From Chrysemys picta bellii (lineage: Eukaryota): a DNA stretch of 64,000 nucleotides. The position numbers and the translations under genes are program-made. Below the pieces are notes generated by a model, which was not told where the DNA came from, made no database searches, and saw only the letters and a list, made by a program, of their open reading frames with translations. Numbering within the stretch: position 1 is the stretch's first letter; the number at the start of each line of letters is the position of its first letter. Positions 55,861-64,000 of the stretch are shown one piece after another. The stretch spans positions 13,516,001 through 13,580,000 of the forward strand of contig NC_088815.1 of assembly GCF_011386835.1 (NCBI RefSeq), in the 5' to 3' direction.

Positions 55861-55975
55861 GGGCCAGATTCCCCCCTCCCCTGTTTGCTGTGGGCCAGAT
55901 TTCCCCCCTCCCCCGTTTGCTGTGGTCCCCAGCCCCAGTGTGGGCCAGATTCCCCCTTTTCCACCCGTTTGGTGG
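55861..55975. repeat. About 31-bp minisatellite in FCHO1 intron 1
   Basis: gggccagatt(t)ccccc(c)tcccc(c/t)gtttgctgt at about 55861 and 55892, with a variant at 55941. Confidence 0.75.
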
Positions 55976-58900
55976 CCATGGGCCCCAGCCCCACTGAAGA
56001 CAATAATCCCACCAGCTGAGGATCTGGCCTGGAAAAATCCAGTGTTTGTCATTAGCAGGCAAGGGCCGGGGGAGGGCGTGAGCCGAGCCAGGTGCTAGGA
56101 AGGTGAGACTGGGGGGGGGAGCTCGTGTGTGTGTGTGGGGGGGGGGGCTGGCAGGTGCGTAGCTTCCCTGGGAAGACGCTTTTAATAATTTTTGCAGAGT
56201 CCTCTGTGGCGGCCCTGCGGCCGGGGGATTCGCTCCCGAGCTGCCTTAGCCAAGCCACCTGCCTGAAATCTTCCAGCCCTGCAGGTTCAAGGCGGCTGTC
56301 TGCGCTCTCGGGTGAAGGCCGTTGGATACGGGGACTCGGAGCTGGGCTCCCCCGTTGTCTGATCCTTGCAGCGGATTCGGATTTCTCATCCCACACCATG
56401 GGGGTGTGGAAGGATTTTAGTGTGTGTCGGGGTGTTCTTTAACCCCAACCTTACTTGGCGCGCATGCAGGACGTGATCCCCGTGTGGGGTGAGCGGTTGC
56501 CCCTTGGCTGGCTTCAGGCGGGTGCAAGATACCAGCAGGTTTCTGTCTGTCGGGGAAGGGGGGTGGGGAGAACGCCTTCCCAGGCAGTTGTCTCTGCTGA
56601 AGCCTGAATGACGGCGAGCTGTCAGGTTGTCTCCGCGCCGCGGCTTGCGTGTGGGAGAAGCAGACCCGAAAGCGCGCCAGCTCGCTAAGCGTTCTTCAGA
56701 GGCGCTGTTTAAACGTTCTGTTTCTCTTTCATCTGCCACGCACATGGAAGCACGCGCCGTTTGATATCTCTGACGTGGGGCGACAGGGAGCGCTCGCTGG
56801 ATGTGGCTTGTGGGCGGCCGCCGGGAGCACTCGCTGGGGTGGGTTGTGTGCTGCACGCCCTTCGGAGCGAAGTGGCTCATGGATGGCCTGAGCTCTCCTT
56901 GCAAATGCACGGATCCTCGCCTTTGAATGAAGGGCTGACGCTCAGGTGGGTGGAAACGTTTCGGGAGGGGGAGAGCAGCTGCGTTTGTTGGCATCTGGCC
57001 TGGGATGACCCACGGTTTCCTTGACCCGTTGCCCCTGGAGCGAGTGGGCGGTGGGGGCTTTGAGGTCCATCGTGCCTCTCTGCCCCTCCCGGGATGCGTC
57101 CGCAGTGACCTTCTTGCATATTTCATTCCCTGGGGTGCTCCAGTTGTCTGGGCCTTGTGCCCTTTGTCATCTCGGTTGTTGAGGATCCTTTGAGAGTCCG
57201 CGCCGTGACTGGATCCTGGGAAACACCGTTGCTGGGGCTGGTGCTTCAGGCTGGTGGGGCTGGCTTTGCTCCCTGCCCCTTTCTGACGAGCTCCAGTAAT
57301 ATTGCTCCGCATCTCCCGGCTCCCACCTGCTCTGGTGCCGATCTGAGCGGGGTTTGAACCTGCGATCTTCAGCCCAGACCTGGGTGAGCCAAAGGGGTAA
57401 TGCCATTAGCTGGTACCAGTAGTAGAGTGTTATCCTCCATGCACCGGCCACTAGAGGGCAACGTATTGCCCACTTTGCAAGCATGGCACATGCTGAGTGG
57501 GGAAGTGGGAAGTGCTGCCAAGTCTTGCTCTAGTCCTAGGCTGGTAGAGTAGTACAGGGCTGGCACGCAGTGGCTCCCAGACCGGGCCATCCATGGCTGT
57601 GGCTAAGGGAGGGCCCGTTTGCCTCCTCAAACATAGATGCTAGATCTGCTGAGAGCTCTGGAGCCCTGCCGGTCCTGGGCAGAGCTTTCAGGCCAGTTCT
57701 GAAGCCCGGCACCTTGAGCCGTAAAGCTCCTAGTTTGGGACCGTCGATGGGAAGGGTTGAAAGCCTCGTGGGCTGCTTTGTAAGGTAGTGGGAAAGGGCT
57801 CGCTCTGCCGCTGAGAGCTTGGCTCTGCGCTGGGGCATGTTCTCCTATTGCAGCTTCTCCCTGTGCCTGGATCTGAGCCGGGGAAAACCTGCTATGCCAG
57901 CGACTGAAGGAAGCTGACTGGCAGTACCAGAGCTAGAGCCCTGGCAGGCTTTGTGCCCTGGCATTTGGGGGGGAGGGGCAGGGCCAAGCATGCCCGGGGG
58001 CGGGGGGAGCTTCCTGATGCAAATTTGCTGTGATACCAGTTGCCCGGGGAGGTTTGGCAGCTGCTCCGGGAAGGGGGTGAGATCGGGGCCTGGTGTGCTC
58101 ATTTCCTGCATCCACGCGGGAGGCACGGGCAGTGCCAGGCTGCTGAGACGAACGCTTGTTGTTTGTTTCTGTGTTAATCTGCTCCAGCGCACTGCCCAGT
58201 GCCCCGTAGGCCCAGCCCTGCGCATCTTCCTCTTGTGTCTTATTCAGGCCTTGCCCAGAGTGGCAGCTTGGCCTGGAATGACCCCGTGGAGCAGTGCAGC
58301 TTGTGTGGCTAGCTGGGAGAGCTAAATTCCTTCCCCAGCTCGGGCCCCCCCTCCCGGGGCCGGGCTGGGAGCTGCACAGCTGGGTGCTGGGTTCCGGAGA
58401 CGTCTCTCCGTGGCTGTAACTGGGGCGCCTGGAAAAGCAAAGGCAGGCGTGCGTTCGTGTGCCTAGAGCAGGGGCCTCGGGATCGGGGGTGCGGGGGGTT
58501 GGAATGCCTGTGCCCTAGAGATCAGGGCATCCATGTGGGAGAGGATTCCTGGATACCGTTCCAGGCCCTGCCATGGACTTGACTGATTTCAGGCAAGTCA
58601 CTTCCCCTGGCTGGGCCTAACTCGGCCCTGGCATAAGCTGGCAGGACTCTGATGGGCTCTAGGCGGAGGGATGCCTCTGGGAGCGGGTGGCAGTAAGAGG
58701 GAGGTAGCCAGCAGGAGGTCAAAGCCGTGGGAGGACACCGCAGTTTGTAGCTCTGGCTTGAGTGAGCAGGTGACGGCAAAGGACGGGAGGGAGCTCGGAA
58801 GCCTGGTAAGGCGGGTGAGAGCTAAGAACACCCTGGTGGAGATGAGGCCTAAGGGCAAAGTTTTGGTTGGGTGCTGGGCTGGCTGGTCCCAGGGTCGTGG

Positions 58901-61816
58901 TGGAGAGAAGCCAGCGGGGTTAGGGGATCAGGTTTGTATCCCCAAGGAGCCCCAGCGATGGTCCCGGCCTAGCGACACCTGGCCAGCTTCCCCAGGACCA
59001 GCCTGTGGGCTTTGGACGAGGCCCCTGCTCGCTGGGGCCCCTTTCTCGCCCGTCTCCTGGCCCTGGGTTAGTTTGTGGCTTGTCAGTTCGGCTGAGCGCC
59101 AGGGACCGGGGCTGGAGCGACCCAGGGCCGAGGAGCTGCTGGGCGGGGGGTGCTGGAGTTCGTCTCGGTGCCTAGAACTGCCGTGGCGGGGGCATGAAAG
59201 GAGCCAGCAGGAGGCGTCGCGTCCTGGGTTATGGTTCCAGGGTGGGCTGGCAAGCAACGTGCCCCACTCCCCCCATCTCTGTCCCCTCCTCCTCTGCTGG
59301 GGCACGGGGACCGGGGAGCCCTCCAGCCAGCGCCCTGCCCCACCATCCCCTCGCGACTCATCCTAGGATGTGGGATGGTGCTGGGCCTCTTGGATGCTCA
59401 GGGAGGGAAGGCTGGTTTGAGCGGCCCCAGCTGGAGAGAAAGGACCTAGGTGTCCAACTCCCCAGCCAGGTGCACACAATGGGCCTGATGCACAAGCCCC
59501 TCCTTGAGAGCTTCTGTTGCCTATGGGAGGGGTAACTCAGGGACCTGCACCCACTCTGCCCCCCCCCCCCAAACTGTGCCAAGTACCCTCAAGAAGATAC
59601 AAGTACCTTGAACCAGGTACTCTGCTCTAGAAGTCGCTGGGGGCATGCGGCGGGGCCAGGCCTTGGGCGAGCAGGGGGCAGCGCTCGGGGTGGGGACCTG
59701 GTACTGAGAAGGGCGGGGAGGTGGCTGGAGGGAGGGGTTATCCCCATGTTTAAGGCAGGCTCTGTGCTCCCTGCCCTGCTCTGCCTGGGCTGAGGTTAAT
59801 GTTTACACCCCAACCCCTGATATCCCCTGGCCGGGGCGGACACGTCTGGGTCTGGGGACTCCCTGGGGGCCGGTGCTGCTGGACCCGATCAGGCTGCGCC
59901 CCCTCCCCCCCCATGTTTGCTTTGTTCCTTGCGCTCTGGGCCTTTTCCATCTTCTGTGGGTTAACGTTAGTGCTTATAAAATGGAGAGATTGGCAGCGCG
60001 GGTGGGTGTTGTGCAAGCTTCCCTCTGCGACAGTTTGAATGTACCCCCCCCCCCCCGCAGCCCCTGGCAGAGCTCGGCTGAGGCCCCGCAGTCCTGACCC
60101 ACAGCCCCCTGCCATCCCAGCGCCCTCCGTGGGCTGGCGCTGTACCTGTCCCTAAATGCCGGGCTGACTCCAGCGGGTGTGACTCCCCACCCCAGCTCCA
60201 GGCTGTGTTTGCGCCCCCTGCAGGTCAGATCCTGGCAGTATGAGTCTGGCACCGGCCCTGGGGCACCCCGGGGGAGTCACAAGGCAGCTAGGGCCTGTCG
60301 ATCCCTCTGACTCCCTTCCATGCTGCCAGGTGACCAGCGTCTGCTGGGCCTGTGCTGGCGGACATGGCACCAGCGCTGACTGCTGCCCGTTGCCATGTGG
60401 GTGCCATACCGTGGCCTGAGCCACGCCTTGCCAGCCTCTGTGGGAGGTGTGCATAGAAGATCCCAGTCCGCCTGGCAAGGCGGAGGGGTGGGGGCATTGT
60501 GAGACCTGATCTGGGGGTCTTATGGCTCAGATGCAGAGCTCCAGGGTGCAGCCTGCGTTGAACTGCCCTGGGGAGCTTCCATCCCTTCTGCAGCCGGGGG
60601 CTGTGTCCATCCCAGCCTGCTGTGGGGGTTCCCTGCTCGTTGGTGTGTGCCGCGTTGCTGTGCGCGGTTAAACAGCCTCCGTCCCAGAGGTGGCTGCATT
60701 TCACCGATGAGCAGGGATCACGTTGGCCGAGGCGCGGGGGGAAAGAGGAGGGACTATAGAAATAGGAACCCTTTGGTTGGCACAGTGCCCTCCAGGCTGG
60801 GAATGGGAGCAGGCTCTGACCACCCCACCCCCAACAGTTGCAGCGGATCCTTGACACCCTTGGGACGCCGAAGCCCGTCAGAGAAGAGGGCTGGTGGAGT
60901 CATCCCCTCTGCCTGGCAAGGGGCTGTACAGGGGATGCCAGGCTGCCCAGCTCTTGGGTGCCATCCCCGCGCTGCCATGGGTGCATCGGGGAATCTCTGG
61001 CCCGTCTAGGATAGTCTTGCTGCAAAGCCCGTCCCCATTTGGTGTAAGGGTGTGCTTGGCTGGCGTCCCAGCATTGGCAGAGGGGCCTCTGGCTTCCTCC
61101 CCCTGCCCGGCAGGTGCCCCCTGTTGATTCCCGAGCCCACAGGCCGAGCAGGGCAGCGGGTTTGATCGATTTCCACGCTGGGTCATTGCTCCCAGAGTGG
61201 ATTCCGCTCGGCTCCTGCCTGGGCCCCCCTCCCTGCTCCTGTGCCCGGCCCCACGTCTGCGCACATGAGGCTGCTGTGGAGAGGCAGGGCTAGCAGGGAC
61301 GGCAAGCCCCATCTCACTGGGTGTCTCCGGTAGAGCGGACGGTGGTGGTGGTGGTGGGGGTGAGTGTGACTAGGCCGGAGGCAGCGGGGCGTGGTGGGTA
61401 GAGCATTGGCCGGGGACTCTGGAGCTCTGAGTTCTATTCTCGGCTCTGCTGTGTGACCTCAGGCAAGTCGCTTTCCCTCTCTGTGCCTCAGTTTCCCCTA
61501 CCCGTTTTCCTCCTTTAGAAAGTGCCCTGAGCCCCGGGGATGGGAGGTGGTAAGTGTGTAGAACAGCCCCACATGTGTGGGAGGGGCAGACGTGGCTGGC
61601 GGGGGGGGGCTGGCTCTCCGGGTTGAGACTTGCCCATTCGTGTCACGCATGCGCCAGCCAGACGAAAAGAGGAGCTGGGGCGCCAGGCTGGGCCGGGGAC
61701 GTGGGCGGGGGCAGCAGGCACTCACAGGTGTTGGTTCTGCTTAACTGGCCTGTGGGCCCCCCCGGGCCCCTGCAGCGGAAGTGGTGCTGTGCTAACTTCT
61801 GGTTTCTCTCTCTCAG

Positions 61817-61886
61817 CAGCGCTGGGTCCCCCAGGAGGACAGAGCCGAGGATGAACCAGCCGGGACTGTGCGCCTGTCAGCGCTGG
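61817..61886 (+). other. Candidate internal FCHO1 5' exon containing an upstream ATG
   Basis: Branch-like GCTAAC, polypyrimidine tract ttctggtttctctctctcAG, 70-nt exon, donor tgg|GTGAGT. Confidence 0.55.
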
Positions 61887-63712
61887 GTGAGTTTGGTGGC
61901 CCTGGGGGGCCCAGGGGGCTGGCCCTGCTGCAGATGGGGCCAGAGCTCAGCACCGGGGCAAGAACCAAGCAGCTTGCCCCCCGCCCAACCCAAGGCCCGA
62001 AAGAGAGAAGGAAAAAACTGAGCACGCAAAGATTTTCTAGTTTCCTGTTTTTCTCTCCTGCGCCGCCGCGGAGGGGGAGGGGGAGGCTGGGAGGAGAGCT
62101 GTGGGGGCTGTGACCGAGTCCAGGGAATGGGGCTGCCCCCACGGACCGCGGGGAACTAGAGACCTCACGGGAGCAGGTGCTATGGGGGCGGTTACAGGCC
62201 AGCCAGGTGCGCCCCCACCCCTGGGCTAGAGGACTAGGGATCCGGCGGGCTGTGTGGGTCTCTGCAGAGTCGTGCCTGTGCATCGCCTTGTTATATGGCC
62301 CAGGGATCCCCTCTGTGCCGGGGGCTCCAGCAATCCGGCGGGCGCGGCTGGGAGCCAGGACTCCTGGGTTCTCTCCCCAGCGCTGAGAAGGGAGTGGGAT
62401 TTAGTGGCTAGGATGGGGGAAGAGAGAATTGGGAGTCAGGACTCCTGGGTTCGGTTCCCTTTTCTGACTCGCTCTGCAACGCCCTGCCCCTGTGCCTCAG
62501 TTTCCCCATGGGGAAGGTGCCCCAGGCGTGAGGCGGTTTGGTGAGCGGCTGCCTGTGAAGCTCTGTGACACGGCGGGCGGAGGTGCTGCGGGAGCACAGC
62601 GGAGCCTCATTCATTATTCAGCCGCGTATCCGGTGTCAGTGCTGGCCGCGTTCTTCAAGCGTCCAGCCCCTGGGTCCTCGCCATAGCGTTTAGCACCTGC
62701 TCGCTGCCTGGTGCTGATCAGCCCTCCTTGTTGGCTTGTGCCAGCCCCGAGGGAGGCTCCCTGCGTGCGGGGACTCGCGGCCGGGGTCCAAAACCTCCTC
62801 GGGTTCGGAGAGAGCCACCCTGCACTCACCACCCGGTGCCCCAGGGCAGTGGCTGCTCCAGGACCAGAGCGGGTGTCTGGGTGGCAGGGCCGGCCCTGTT
62901 GAGGAGTGCGAGGACAGGGCGGCACGCGCAGGCACAGCCGCTCTTTGGGCTCCAGCGAGTGTGGGATACAAAGAACGGCCTGTTTCCATGGCTACGGCAG
63001 CCCGGGGTCTGGGAGCTGATTAGTTTTGAAAAGGAATGTGCACCCCGTTCCAAAGCGCTTCGCCCCCGTTAGACCCTAGCTCTGCCCCCGAGCATCACGT
63101 GGGTGCGGCTGATCCCCGCTAGCCTTCGGGGAGGCTGGCCAGTCCTGCTTCAACTGGGGAAACTGAGGCACAGGGGTGCACTGACTCATGCAGGGAGTCG
63201 GTGGCAGAATCCGAGATGGAACCCAGGTCTCCCGAGGTCTTGTCTGCAAGCTGCCCTTGTGAGAGGCTCTGTGCCTGGGGGGGGGTGGGGAAACTGAGGC
63301 ACTGGAACAGTTAATCATTACAAGTCTGGTAGAGCTGGGAATAGAACTCGAGTCTGGAGTCCCAGTTCCCTCCAGCTCTAACCACTAGATCCCATTTCCT
63401 CCTGGAGTTGGGAATAGAACCCAGGAGTCCTGATGCCCCGCTTGCCTTGCTTTAACCGCTCGAGCACGTTCCCACCCTTGGAGGATTGTGTATCACACCC
63501 ATTCCCCGGTGTCCCCGTGGGCCTGTCCCCTTGTCGTCTCGTTAAGCAGCTCCCCCCTCCCCCGAGCAGAGATCTCTCTGTCCCGCCGTGCTCCCTGTGG
63601 GGCGTGACGGGAAGAAGCCTGCCTGGCATCACCTGATCTCTGTGTTTGCTCCAGAGGCCGGAGAGCTGAGCTGTGGGATCCGGGAGGGAGCGTCGTCCCG
63701 CCCAGCTCCAAG

Positions 63713-63739
63713 ATGTCCTGTTTTGGGGAACATTTCTGG
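63713..63739 (+). CDS. FCHO1: FCHO1 first coding exon (MSCFGEHFW); the gene continues beyond the window
   Basis: Exon 63655-63739 (acceptor tgtgtttgctccAG, donor GTAAGT). ccaagATGtcc encodes MSCFGEHFW, matching the human FCHO1 N-terminus MSYFGEHFW; lies downstream of MAP1S as in human. Confidence 0.9.
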
Positions 63740-64000
63740 GTAAGTGTCTCCTTTGGGGGCGTGGGGGGGACACACTCTGAGCTTTGCGATTCAAATGGAG
63801 CCGGGTTGTTCACACGCATCCTTGGAGGGATGGGTCCTGTCCATAAACCCCAGAGCTGAGCGGGGAGCAATTGCTGGGGAAGCTGGGGGCAGCCCAGGTG
63901 GAGGGAGAGCCTAGCAGGACGACATATCCCAGCGTGCATTGCTCCCCCTCCATGGCTCTGGTCTGCCAGGTTTGCAGCCCCTGGCGCTGGCATGGGGCTG

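Noticed and set aside
59799-60038. 79-aa ORF with a hydrophobic stretch (possible micropeptide)
   Set aside because: Intronic, with no promoter, splice or poly(A) support; the hydrophobicity comes from a T-rich tract.
62640-62665. AFFKR, resembling the integrin GFFKR motif
   Set aside because: No preceding TM helix or exon structure; chance match.
1-64000. CRISPR arrays, rRNA or other prokaryotic systems
   Set aside because: The window is intron-containing vertebrate DNA; the tandem repeats lack unique spacers and no rRNA-like sequence was seen.

Overview
Vertebrate genomic DNA, very probably turtle: it carries a full-length tortoise Pol III/SINE plus turtle-type CR1 tails, hAT MITEs and a solo LTR. 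The gene order MAP1S-FCHO1 matches human 19p13.11. Four protein-coding genes were reconstructed by hand from splice sites and reading phase. (1) A 3-exon CART (CARTPT-family) neuropeptide precursor, + strand, 1839-5667, 104 aa. (2) A complete 12-exon membrane-anchored ZP4/ZPB-type zona pellucida glycoprotein, - strand, 19226-10991, 550 aa. (3) A 7-exon MAP1S, + strand, 25540-45868, 1405 aa. (4) The 5' end of FCHO1: CpG-island non-coding exon ending at 55408 and first coding exon MSCFGEHFW at 63713-63739. Most ORFs in the supplied track are GC-rich noise. Main points of interest: the CART-MAP1S-FCHO1 order mirrors human CARTPT-MAP1B-FCHO2, suggesting a whole-genome-duplication CART paralogue absent from the human locus; this CART lacks one dibasic cleavage site; an intact ZP4-like gene sits at a locus different from mammalian ZP4; MAP1S retains MAP1B-like segments; and a Penelope-type hairpin carries a hammerhead-ribozyme-like motif. 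I found no clearly new biological system. Comparisons to human proteins, synteny and repeat consensi are from memory, and no searches were run.
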